Positions 55,920 to 64,000 of a DNA stretch of 64,000 nucleotides are shown here, one piece after another. The position numbers were made by a program, and so were the translations under genes. The notes beneath the pieces are model-generated. The model had not been told where the DNA came from. It made no database searches and worked only from the letters and a program-made list of their open reading frames with translations. This stretch comes from Anaerolineae bacterium (GTDB taxonomy: Bacteria; Chloroflexota; Anaerolineae; B4-G1; SLSP01): the NCBI GenBank assembly GCA_049975525.1, contig JBNGCW010000003.1, positions 31,779 through 95,778 of the forward strand, read 5' to 3'. Each line of letters opens with the position of its first letter. Positions within the stretch are counted from its first letter, which is position 1.

Positions 55920-55948
55920 TTGACATTCCAAGTCAGCAAAAGTATTAT
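55920..55948 (+). promoter_or_regulatory. sigma70 promoter of phnDCE
   Basis: TTGACA-N17-TATTAT. Confidence 0.75.
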
Positions 55949-55998
55949 ATAAGTGTCCGTATTAAGTCTGAAGTTCTATATCTAAGGAGGAAAATCCG

Positions 55999-56895
55999 AT
56001 GAAGAAACTTTTGACGACTGTTGGTCTGATGGTGACAGCTGCGCTGGTGCTGTCGGCCTGCGGTTCTGCGGAGCTCGGGACGGAGGAAAACCCCATTGTA
56101 TGGGCCTTTGTCCCCTCGGGTGAAACGCAGACGGTAGTCGCCGGAGCCGAGGAGTTGAGCAGCTTGCTGACCGAAGAGACGGGCCTGTATTTTGACGTGC
56201 TGGTGACCACCGAGTACGCCGGCGCCGTCGAGGCGATGTGCGCGGATCCTCCCGAGGCTCACATGGGCTCGCTGAACACCTTCTCCTACATCCTGGCCAA
56301 CGAGCGCTGCGGTGTGGAGGCCGAACTGGTCGCCGTGCGCTACGGCAGCCCCACCTACAACGGACAGATCGTTGCTAACGTTGAAAGCGGTATTCAGTCT
56401 ATTGAGGACCTCAAAGGCGCGACGTTCTGCCGCCCTGACCCTCTTTCCACCAGCGGCTGGATCATCCCCATGCTGACGATGCGCGCCAACGGCATTGATC
56501 CGGACACGGACCTGGCCGAAGTCGTCGACGCGGGCAGCCATGACGCGGTGGTGGCGGCCGTGTACAGCGGCGACTGTGATGCCGGTGCGACGTACGTTGA
56601 CGCCCGGGGCACTATCGAAGAGGATCACCCTGACGTCATGGAGAAGGTCCAGGTGATTGCCACCACGGAGGACATCCCCAACGACGGCGTGCAGTTCATC
56701 CCCGGCATGGATGAGGAGCTCAAGAGCACTATCGTGAACGCGCTGCTGGCCCTCTCCGAGACCGAAGAGGGCAAAGACGCGCTGGACACGGCCTACAGCT
56801 GGGCCGCGCTGGAACAACACGGCGACGACTTTTACGATCCCTTCCGCCAGGTGCTGGAGGCCTCGGGCATGAGCATCGAGGATCTTCAAGAGTAG
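55999..56895 (+). CDS. phnD: Phosphonate/phosphate ABC substrate-binding lipoprotein
   Basis: LSAC lipobox, YAGAVEAM, DPLSTSGWIIP, GSHD, IPND. Confidence 0.88.
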   Translation: MKKLLTTVGLMVTAALVLSACGSAELGTEENPIVWAFVPSGETQTVVAGAEELSSLLTEETGLYFDVLVTTEYAGAVEAMCADPPEAHMGSLNTFSYILANERCGVEAELVAVRYGSPTYNGQIVANVESGIQSIEDLKGATFCRPDPLSTSGWIIPMLTMRANGIDPDTDLAEVVDAGSHDAVVAAVYSGDCDAGATYVDARGTIEEDHPDVMEKVQVIATTEDIPNDGVQFIPGMDEELKSTIVNALLALSETEEGKDALDTAYSWAALEQHGDDFYDPFRQVLEASGMSIEDLQE

Positions 56896-56912
56896 TTTGG
56901 AGATTGATCATG

Positions 56913-56942
56913 CGAAGGGGGGACGATCTCGTCCCCCCTTCG
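56913..56942 (+). other. Perfect intercistronic hairpin, probably an mRNA stabiliser
   Basis: CGAAGGGGGGACGA-TC-TCGTCCCCCCTTCG. Confidence 0.7.
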
Positions 56943-56960
56943 TTTCACGTAGGAGGATAC

Positions 56961-57758
56961 ATGCTTGAGGTCAAAAATCTCACGAAAGTGTACGACGACG
57001 GCACCGTCGCCTTGCGAAACGTCAGTTTTACCGTGGAGGATGGCGATTTCTTGATCATCATCGGCCTGAGCGGTTCTGGAAAGTCCACGCTGCTGCGCTG
57101 TATCAACCGGCTTGTGGAGCTTACAGAGGGCCAAATCCTGTGGAACGGGCGAGATATCGCCCAGGCAAACCCGACGGAGCTGCGCCATTTCCGCCGCAAA
57201 GTCGGTATGATTTTCCAGCATTTCAATCTGGTGCGGCGGTCCAAGGTGATTACCAACGTCTTAAGCGGTCGATTGGGTTATGTTAACGAATGGCAGAGTC
57301 TCCTGCATCGCTTTCCCCGAGAGGATTATCAGCGCGCTCAGGTGGTGTTGGAGCGCATCGGCATCGCCGATCAGGCGCACAAACGCGCCGATGAGCTCAG
57401 TGGGGGACAACAACAGCGTGTGGGCATCGCGCGGGCGCTTATGCAAGATCCGGAGATGATCCTTGCCGATGAACCGGTAGCCAGTCTCGACCCCGTTCTC
57501 TCGCATTCCATTTTGCAACATCTGGAAAGTCTGAATAAGGAGGATGGCATCACTGTTATCTGCAGCTTGCACTATCTGGATCTCGTGCAGCGTTACGCCA
57601 CTCGCGTGATCGGTCTGCGAGCCGGCGAAATCGTCTATCGGGGAACTCGTGAGCAGATTCGATCCATGACCGATGAAGAGTTTAAGGAGATCTACGGTCA
57701 GGAAGCCGAGCGCGTTGGCGGTAGCCTCGAGGGCACGATAGGAGGTTCACATGGCTGA
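56961..57758 (+). CDS. phnC: Phosphonate ABC ATPase
   Basis: GLSGSGKSTLLRCIN, NVLSGRLG, LSGGQQQRV, ADEPVASLDP. Confidence 0.92.
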   Translation: MLEVKNLTKVYDDGTVALRNVSFTVEDGDFLIIIGLSGSGKSTLLRCINRLVELTEGQILWNGRDIAQANPTELRHFRRKVGMIFQHFNLVRRSKVITNVLSGRLGYVNEWQSLLHRFPREDYQRAQVVLERIGIADQAHKRADELSGGQQQRVGIARALMQDPEMILADEPVASLDPVLSHSILQHLESLNKEDGITVICSLHYLDLVQRYATRVIGLRAGEIVYRGTREQIRSMTDEEFKEIYGQEAERVGGSLEGTIGGSHG

Positions 57759-59298
57759 TAACACGTACAACAACCACAAAGAGCCCCGTCCCAGTCTGGT
57801 CTCCGCGCCGGTTGCCGGCGTCGCGTCTCTGATCATTCCCGGGCTGGGGCAATTGTTAGCCCGCCAGCTGCGTCGGGGTTTGGTGATGCTGGGGGCCGTC
57901 ATCAGCATCATCGGTCTGTTCATGTGGCGTGTCTCCATTCTGGCCCGTCGGATCACCGGAGGTCCCTGGGATGAGTTTGCCAAAGCTTTTGAACGGCGCC
58001 CTTTTTTCGTCGGACTTATAGTCGGCGGCACGATCCTTTTGTGGGTATGGAATGCGCTGGATGCCTATCGGCTGGCCGAGGCGAGCAGAAAAAAGGAAGA
58101 GGTGCGGGGCAACCTATCCATTTTCTTCTTGATTCTGCTCCTTTTCTTTGCCCTGGGCTGGCAAATCGGGCAGATCGATCTTTACAAAGCGGCCACGGAA
58201 CTTTCGGATACGCTTCCTATTCTCTCTAAGGTGCTCTGGCCCTGGGAAGCCGCTTTTACCCACGATGAGGAGGTCATCCAGGCGAGTGCGCCCATTATGG
58301 TTCCCTGTGAGGAAGGCACCGAGCTGCCGAAGGTGCCCGAAGAGGTACCCGGTGAACCTTACGTTATGGTGGAGCCGCGGTGTGGTGAGATGACCCGACA
58401 GGATGAAAACTATCAGAAGATTCCAGGTTCGAAGATCACGATTACCGCCAGAGGCTTTGAGCCCAACAAGCAGGCGGAGATCTGGTGGGAGAATCCCATC
58501 GGCGATGTGTACCGCCTGCTGGAAGACGGTGACCCCGTGGTGACGACCACCGACGCGCAGGGCCGTTTTGAGATTCAGGTGACGTTACCTTATCGGGCTA
58601 TACCGAAAAGCGCCGTGGGGCCTCAGATTTTCGAGATCCAGGTACGTCAGAGCTTCGTCGTCGGCGGCCCCAGGCCCAGTGAGCCACTTCTGCAGACGAT
58701 TGAGCGGATGATCGAGACCATCTTCCTGGGCATGATGGCCACGGCCTTCGGCATCGTCTTCGCGGTGCCGGTCAGCTTCCTGGCCGCCAAGAACCTGATG
58801 TCCGGATCCTGGTTCTCGTTGGGCGTTTACTACGTTGTGCGCACGATTTTGAACATCGTGCGTTCTATCGAGCCGCTGATCTGGGCCATTATCGCCACGC
58901 AATGGGTTGGGTTGGGACCTTTCGCCGGGATCATCGCGCTGACGGTGCACACCATCGCTGCGCTGGGCAAGCTCTACTCCGAGGCCATTGAGAACATCGA
59001 TCCGGGTCCCATCGAGGCCATCCAGGCCACCGGGGCGACCCGCCTGCAGACGATCATGTTCGCCGTCGTTCCGCAGATGATTCCGCCTTTTGTCTCTTTC
59101 TCCATCTACCGCTGGGACATCAACGTGCGCATGTCCACGGTGATCGGTCTGGTGGGCGGTGGCGGCATCGGCTTTATCCTTGTCCAGTACATTCGTCTCT
59201 TCCAATTCCGCTCTGCCGGTATCGCGGTCTGGTTCATCGCGATGACCGTGGCCCTCCTGGACTACGTGAGCGCGGAGATCCGCGAACGCTACGTGTAA
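57751..59298 (+). CDS. phnE: Phosphonate ABC permease with N-terminal extension and a large soluble insert
   Basis: GLGPFAG, GKLYSEAIE, YRWDINVR..GLVGGGGIG. Confidence 0.88.
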   Translation: MADNTYNNHKEPRPSLVSAPVAGVASLIIPGLGQLLARQLRRGLVMLGAVISIIGLFMWRVSILARRITGGPWDEFAKAFERRPFFVGLIVGGTILLWVWNALDAYRLAEASRKKEEVRGNLSIFFLILLLFFALGWQIGQIDLYKAATELSDTLPILSKVLWPWEAAFTHDEEVIQASAPIMVPCEEGTELPKVPEEVPGEPYVMVEPRCGEMTRQDENYQKIPGSKITITARGFEPNKQAEIWWENPIGDVYRLLEDGDPVVTTTDAQGRFEIQVTLPYRAIPKSAVGPQIFEIQVRQSFVVGGPRPSEPLLQTIERMIETIFLGMMATAFGIVFAVPVSFLAAKNLMSGSWFSLGVYYVVRTILNIVRSIEPLIWAIIATQWVGLGPFAGIIALTVHTIAALGKLYSEAIENIDPGPIEAIQATGATRLQTIMFAVVPQMIPPFVSFSIYRWDINVRMSTVIGLVGGGGIGFILVQYIRLFQFRSAGIAVWFIAMTVALLDYVSAEIRERYV

Positions 59299-59313
59299 AA
59301 ACGCTGTCACTGT

Positions 59314-59353
59314 AAGGCCCCTGGAGGGACGGTGGCCCTTTTCAGGGGCCTTT
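59314..59353 (+). terminator. Intrinsic terminator after phnE
   Basis: AAGGCCCCTGGAGGG/CCCTTTTCAGGGGCCTTT stem. Confidence 0.7.
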
Positions 59354-59385
59354 CTGTATCATAATCGTTTTGGAGCATCAAGTTT

Positions 59386-59524
59386 GACTCACCTGAAAAA
59401 AAGTTCAAGAAATCGGATTTTTAGGTGGCCATGCACTACATCTAGTGATTTTGCTCATGAGAAACCCACATATAGTATCAAGTCGTAGAAAAATCCGATT
59501 TCTGCCGGTTATTTCAGTGGATCC
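59386..59524. mobile_element. Family-B MITE (139 bp) with tandem NrdR-like boxes; a second TIR and a hairpin follow at 59531-59593
   Basis: GACTCACCTGAAA...TTTCAGTGGATCC; flanks AAGTTT/AGGTTT; boxes GCACTACATCTAGTGA (59433) and AACCCACATATAGTAT (59463). Confidence 0.85.
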
Positions 59525-59681
59525 AGGTTTGACTCATCTGAAGAAAGGTCCTAGAAAACCCTGGTTGTGTCATATGGCACAACCAGGGTTTCTTACCTCT
59601 TGAAAAGTAGCCGATGTTGATGGTCAAAAACGATTATGTGTTGGATGCCCGGTCCCGAATGCAGGCTTGAGGAGGGGGACG

Positions 59682-61460
59682 ATGACGTTTGAGATCGCTT
59701 TCTTGCTGTTTGTCGTCGCGGTAGCTCTGGTGCTCTTCTCTCTGGAGCTCCTCCCTGAAGACCTTATTGCGATGAGCATTCTTATCGCGTTGCCGTTAGC
59801 CGGTCTGTTGCCGCCGGAAAAGGCGTTCGCAGGTTTCGGAAGCGAGACGGTGGTGATGATCTTCGGTCTGTTGATTATGACCGCCGCCCTGGTGCGCACC
59901 GGCGTCGCCGACGACATCGGAAAGATGATTGTCAAGGTGGTGGGGGAGCATCATGGTCGGCTGCAAGTGGTCATCATGGTGACAGCGGCGCTGTTGAGCA
60001 CCTTTATGAGCAACACGGCTTCGACGGCGCTCTTCGTTCCGGTGACGCTGGAGTTGGCCCGACGCTTGAAAGTTCGCGTCTCCAAACTGTTGATGCCGCT
60101 GGCCTTCGCAGCCATTTTGGCCAGCTCCATCACGCTTATCGGTACCTCGACCAATCTGGTCATCAGTGGCCTGATGACCGGCTACCATATGGAGCCGCTG
60201 GGTATGTTTGAGTTGGCCCCCGTTGGGATCCCTGTTCTCGGCGCCGGTCTGCTTTACATGATCTTCCTGGGGCCGCACTTGATCCCCAGCCGCGAGCCTC
60301 CGGAGGCGCTGGAGGAGCGTGATTTCGGCATCTATCCTTATCTCGCCGAGATCGTGATTTTACCCACTTCTCCGCTGGTGGGGAAAACGTTGGACGAAGC
60401 CGGGTTGGGTAAGAATTTGGATTTGACGGTGTTGAGGGTGGTGCGGAATAAGCGACATTATCTCGTCCCCCGTCCGAATCTTGAGCTGCAAGCGAGTGAC
60501 GAGCTGCTCGTGGAGGGGCTGCGCCATCAGATCCTGCGGATCAAGGACATCGCCGGCATTGGCATCAAAGCCGACGTCAAGCTCTCCGATCCGCGTTTTC
60601 AGACCGAGAACTTGCATCTGGCCGAGGCTATCGTGTTGCCCGGCTCACCTCTCATCGGACGCACGCTGAAGTCGCTCCGTTTCCGCCAGCGCTACGGCTT
60701 GCAGGTGCTGGGTATCAACCGGCGCGGAGAGACGGTCTTTCGCAAGCTGAGCCAGACGCCCCTGCAGATCGGCGATCAGCTGCTGGTGCAGGGGCGGCGT
60801 AGCCAGATCCAGGCGTTGGATGCCGACAACACACTGCACGTCATCGGCAGCGTCCGCCACGAGTATCCCGACCGCAAGCTGGCCCCTGTCGCCCTGGGTG
60901 CTTTCGGCATGATGTTGGTGCTGTCGGTCGTCAACGTGCTCTCCCTGCCGATGGCCGTGTTGGTGGGCACCTTGATCACCTTTCTCACAGGCTGTATCAC
61001 TCCGGAGGAGGCCTACCGCGAGATCACCTGGAGGGTCTTGATCGTCATCGGCAGTATGTTAGCGCTGGGTGCGGCTATGGAGAGCACAGGCGCCGCTGAG
61101 TATCTCGCCTCATACATGGTGGGGCTCATCGGTGACAGCGGCCCGTTGGTTCTGCTTTCGACGTTCTTCTTTCTTTCCCTTTTGCTCACGCAGCCTATGT
61201 CCAACCAGGCCGCGGCGGTGCTCGTCGTGCCTATCGCCATTCAGACGGCGCAGCAGCTGGGCTTGAACCCGCGCACCTTCGCCGTGATGATCGCCGTGGG
61301 GGCCAGCTGTTCTTTTATCACTCCGCTGGAGCCGGCCTGCCTGATGGTCTACGGCCCGGGGCACTATCGTTTCACCGACTTTACGAGAGTCGGCTTGCCG
61401 TTGACGCTGATCGTTTACCTCATTTCCATTATCATGGTGCCGTGGATCTGGCCGTTGTGA
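59682..61460 (+). CDS. SLC13/CitMHS-type anion permease with TrkA-C domains
   Basis: FMSNTA, TLIGTSTNL, two TrkA-C domains (SPLVGKTL, SPLIGRTL), MSNQA, GPGHYRFTDF. Confidence 0.9.
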   Translation: MTFEIAFLLFVVAVALVLFSLELLPEDLIAMSILIALPLAGLLPPEKAFAGFGSETVVMIFGLLIMTAALVRTGVADDIGKMIVKVVGEHHGRLQVVIMVTAALLSTFMSNTASTALFVPVTLELARRLKVRVSKLLMPLAFAAILASSITLIGTSTNLVISGLMTGYHMEPLGMFELAPVGIPVLGAGLLYMIFLGPHLIPSREPPEALEERDFGIYPYLAEIVILPTSPLVGKTLDEAGLGKNLDLTVLRVVRNKRHYLVPRPNLELQASDELLVEGLRHQILRIKDIAGIGIKADVKLSDPRFQTENLHLAEAIVLPGSPLIGRTLKSLRFRQRYGLQVLGINRRGETVFRKLSQTPLQIGDQLLVQGRRSQIQALDADNTLHVIGSVRHEYPDRKLAPVALGAFGMMLVLSVVNVLSLPMAVLVGTLITFLTGCITPEEAYREITWRVLIVIGSMLALGAAMESTGAAEYLASYMVGLIGDSGPLVLLSTFFFLSLLLTQPMSNQAAAVLVVPIAIQTAQQLGLNPRTFAVMIAVGASCSFITPLEPACLMVYGPGHYRFTDFTRVGLPLTLIVYLISIIMVPWIWPL

Positions 61461-61531
61461 CGGGTTTGGGGTCGGTCAGATGCGTTGCATGTGACCGACC
61501 CCTCAGGCCGTGTAGTTTCTCAGGGGCAGGT

Positions 61532-62089
61532 TTACAGATCGGCGCCTTTACCTTTGCCTATCTCGATCTGTCGCCAGGCCGCGACGACGACCAGCGTGAT
61601 AATCGCCGAGGCGGCGGCTTCCGGCAGGCCGTTGGCCAAGATGATGGGCGGCAGTGCGGCCCAGGGTGCTGCCCCGGTGAGCCCGATCATACCCAGGACG
61701 AGGAGGGTATTGGTCAGGCTGCCGGTGATGCCGGCGGCGATGAGTCCCACGGTGGGCCTTGTCTCCAGGGCGCGCCAGGTCAGCCAGGCGATGACGCCGA
61801 TGAAGAGGCGGGGGAGTACGGCGATCAGAGGGTTGGTGAAGAGCACGTCGCTGGGGCCGGAGGGCGCGATGGCGGCTTGCAGCATGCTGAACGCGCCGAA
61901 GATGAGGCCGATGGCCGTGCCCACCAGCGGGCCTTCTAAGACTGCCCCGATGATGACGGGGACGTGCATAATGGTGAGAGAGGCGCCGGTGAGCCAGGGA
62001 ATAAAGCCCCAATGCGTCCAACCTAATAACACGGAGATGGCCCCCAGCACGCCGGCGATGACGATCTTACGCGTGCGGTCTTGCACCAT
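61532..62089 (-). CDS. panT: ECF S component, pantothenate (PanT)-like
   Basis: GFIP, TIMHVPVIIG..LEGP, PRLFIG, GSLTNT, NGLPE. Confidence 0.78.
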   Translation of the reverse strand: MVQDRTRKIVIAGVLGAISVLLGWTHWGFIPWLTGASLTIMHVPVIIGAVLEGPLVGTAIGLIFGAFSMLQAAIAPSGPSDVLFTNPLIAVLPRLFIGVIAWLTWRALETRPTVGLIAAGITGSLTNTLLVLGMIGLTGAAPWAALPPIILANGLPEAAASAIITLVVVAAWRQIEIGKGKGADL

Positions 62090-62221
62090 GGTATGACTCC
62101 TTCTGCTACATGTGACGGATAAACCGTACCCATTATACTCTTCTGGTTGCGCTTTGTCCAGGTAGAGGAGCGTGTGAGGGACAGCGATTCCAGTTGTCTG
62201 CAGGCGCTTCCAGGCCCGGTT

Positions 62222-62249
62222 TTGACTTTTTCCGGTGGAGTACTATGAT
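62222..62249 (+). promoter_or_regulatory. sigma70 promoter of the V-ATPase operon
   Basis: TTGACT-N16-TATGAT. Confidence 0.55.
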
Positions 62250-62301
62250 AAGCGTATTCGACTTTTTTATGTTTAGGTCTGGGTTGAGCAGGAGAGATGG
62301 C

Positions 62302-62616
62302 ATGCCACTGGATAGTGTGGTTCAGATATTGGATATTGAAAAACAAGCCGAAGCTAAGTTGCAGGAAGCTCGGCGACAGGCCGACGAGATGGTGAGGGCG
62401 GCGAAGGAGGACGCAGAGACCGCGCGTCAGAACGCCCTTGCGGAGGCGCGCCGACAGGTTGAAGAGATCATCGCCGAAGGCAAACGGGAAGCCAATGCAC
62501 GGCAGCGTGAGATTATGGAGGAAGCTCGGGCTGAGGCTGACCGCTGGGCAGAGGAGGCTGAAGCGCACTTTGAGGCGGCGGTGCAGAGGGTGCTGGATTC
62601 GCTGATGGGAGCGTAG
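62302..62616 (+). CDS. A/V-type ATPase peripheral stalk subunit G/H
   Basis: Charged coiled coil (IEKQAEAKLQEARRQA); first gene before subunits C and I. Confidence 0.8.
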   Translation: MPLDSVVQILDIEKQAEAKLQEARRQADEMVRAAKEDAETARQNALAEARRQVEEIIAEGKREANARQREIMEEARAEADRWAEEAEAHFEAAVQRVLDSLMGA

Positions 62617-62621
62617 GCGCG

Positions 62622-63710
62622 ATGGCCTTGGGAAGCGTTACCACCTACGCCATGGTTCAAGCCACCGTCCGCGCCTTATACGGGGAGCTGCTTTCGGAAG
62701 CCACGCTGCAGGAGATGGTCGCGGCGACCGATTACGGGGCGCTGTTGACGCTGCTTTCGGACACCGTCTACGGCCCCTATCTGGAGCTGGAGCGTCAACT
62801 GCTGACGCCGCGACGCGCTGCCTACCAGCTTCGCAAGCGCCTGGCGGCGGTTTACAAAAAACTCATCGACATCACACCGGAACCCGGACGGCGGTTGATC
62901 CTGGGCCTCTGGCGTCTGTTTGAGGTGGATAACCTCAAGGCTACGCTGCGCGGCATTGAGCATGACGCCTCTTGGGATCACGTGCGGTATCTTCTTTTTC
63001 CCATGCATGCCTACACCTCTATTACCCCGCAGCTCATGCGGCAGATGGTGGAGGCAGACGATATCCCTGCTGCGCTTTCGTATCTTGAAAGGACGCCCTA
63101 TTACGATCTTCTCTCACACGCCGTGGACCGTTATCGCCAGGAGGCGAATCTCTTTCCTCTGGAAGTCACGCTTGATCTGGATTACCGCCGTAATCTCTGG
63201 AAGCAAATCTTCGCGCTACGGGGAAAAGATCGGGAGGAGAGCCGGCGCATTTTGGGCACGGTGTTGGATCTGGATAACCTGCTTTGGGCGATCCGGTATC
63301 GTGTCTATCACCATCTCTCGCCACAGGAGATCGTCAACTACACGCTTTCCGAGGGTTACCGTCTGCGCAACGAGCACATTTTGTCCATCGCCAACGGAGA
63401 GGATATCTCTGCAGTGGTCGCCGAGGTCTACCCGGAGATTGAAGTCCCGGATGATCTTTCTAAGTCGACGGGGGCGGCGCTCGAAACACTCGAATACAAT
63501 TTTCAGCGCTATATTGTGCGCCTTTGTCGACGCACGTTTCTTGGTGATCCCTTTCACCTGGGCCTACCCCTGGCATACTTACTGCTAAGCGAACACGAAA
63601 TCAAGAATTTGACGGCGATAATTGAGGCCAAGGCTGCTCATCTGCCCCCGGCGCTGCTGGGACGTGTATTGGATATCATCGCTATCTCCCCGGAAGGAGA
63701 GCAGATCTAG
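62622..63710 (+). CDS. ntpC: A/V-type ATPase subunit C
   Basis: VRALYGELL, FEVDNLK..LRG, DLDNL..R, EHEIKNL. Confidence 0.87.
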   Translation: MALGSVTTYAMVQATVRALYGELLSEATLQEMVAATDYGALLTLLSDTVYGPYLELERQLLTPRRAAYQLRKRLAAVYKKLIDITPEPGRRLILGLWRLFEVDNLKATLRGIEHDASWDHVRYLLFPMHAYTSITPQLMRQMVEADDIPAALSYLERTPYYDLLSHAVDRYRQEANLFPLEVTLDLDYRRNLWKQIFALRGKDREESRRILGTVLDLDNLLWAIRYRVYHHLSPQEIVNYTLSEGYRLRNEHILSIANGEDISAVVAEVYPEIEVPDDLSKSTGAALETLEYNFQRYIVRLCRRTFLGDPFHLGLPLAYLLLSEHEIKNLTAIIEAKAAHLPPALLGRVLDIIAISPEGEQI

Positions 63711-63712
63711 AA

Positions 63713-64000
63713 ATGTTTCAGTCCGTAAATATGCGCAAGATCGAGATCGTCGTGTCGAAACAGGACGTCGTGCCGGTCACCGAAGCGCTGGCCGCCTCCG
63801 GGGTCTTCCAACCGATCTCCCCGGAGTGGGGGAGTGAAAAAGGGGAGGATGAGGAGTGGACGGCGTGGAAGAATCAGTTCACCGATCTCGAACGCCGGGT
63901 GCTCAAGGTGTTGAAAGATTTGGGGGGGGAGGCGGGTGAACCGCCGGAAAAACCTCCTCATCTTATCGATCCTCACGTGGCGCAGCGAGCAGTCGCGCAC
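63713..64000 (+). CDS. ntpI: A/V-type ATPase subunit I, 5' part running off the window
   Basis: MFQSVNMRKIEIVVSKQDVVPVTEALAASGVFQ, typical subunit I N-terminus directly after subunit C; not in the ORF track. Confidence 0.75.
   Translation, partial: MFQSVNMRKIEIVVSKQDVVPVTEALAASGVFQPISPEWGSEKGEDEEWTAWKNQFTDLERRVLKVLKDLGGEAGEPPEKPPHLIDPHVAQRAVAH

Noticed and set aside
63707-64000. Minus-strand 97-aa ORF
   Set aside because: It is the shadow of the plus-strand V-ATPase subunit I gene

Overview
A GC-rich, gene-dense bacterial chromosome segment. Gene content (Val/Glu/Lys-linker lipoproteins, cofC/cofD, A/V-type ATPase, USP fusion) suggests Chloroflexota, probably Anaerolineae; this is an inference. 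Layout: (i) housekeeping block: GT2, polyprenyl synthase, TatD, REC-GAF-adenylate cyclase, RNase H-like protein, and two CAU tRNAs behind a consensus sigma70 promoter; (ii) a small nucleoside cassette: FGGY pseudogene, amidohydrolase, nucleoside hydrolase, M20; (iii) secreted proteins, HtrA, cold-shock protein, ParB-like/USP fusion, geranylgeranyl reductase; (iv) a catabolic supercluster of about 34 kb (18.6-52.7 kb) around an XRE-cupin regulator, with GH31, GH38, a sugar ABC transporter, an ECF transporter, nucleoside hydrolase, dihydropyrimidinase, SsnA/MtaD-like amidohydrolases, a YgeW-like carbamoyltransferase, UbiD, an LLM (probably F420) reductase, acetoin-DH-like E1/E2, pterin-binding and UroD-fold proteins, and sulfatase plus maturase; (v) partial F420 biosynthesis genes, phnDCE, an SLC13 transporter, a PanT-like S component and the start of a V-ATPase operon. 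The intergenic DNA is unusually structured. It holds two MITE families with target-site duplications, one of which carries tandem NrdR-like boxes 30-31 bp apart, plus many oriented 7-, 8- and 9-bp tandem-repeat arrays at gene junctions. I found no CRISPR, rRNA or transposase. All calls come from motif reading by eye; no searches were run.
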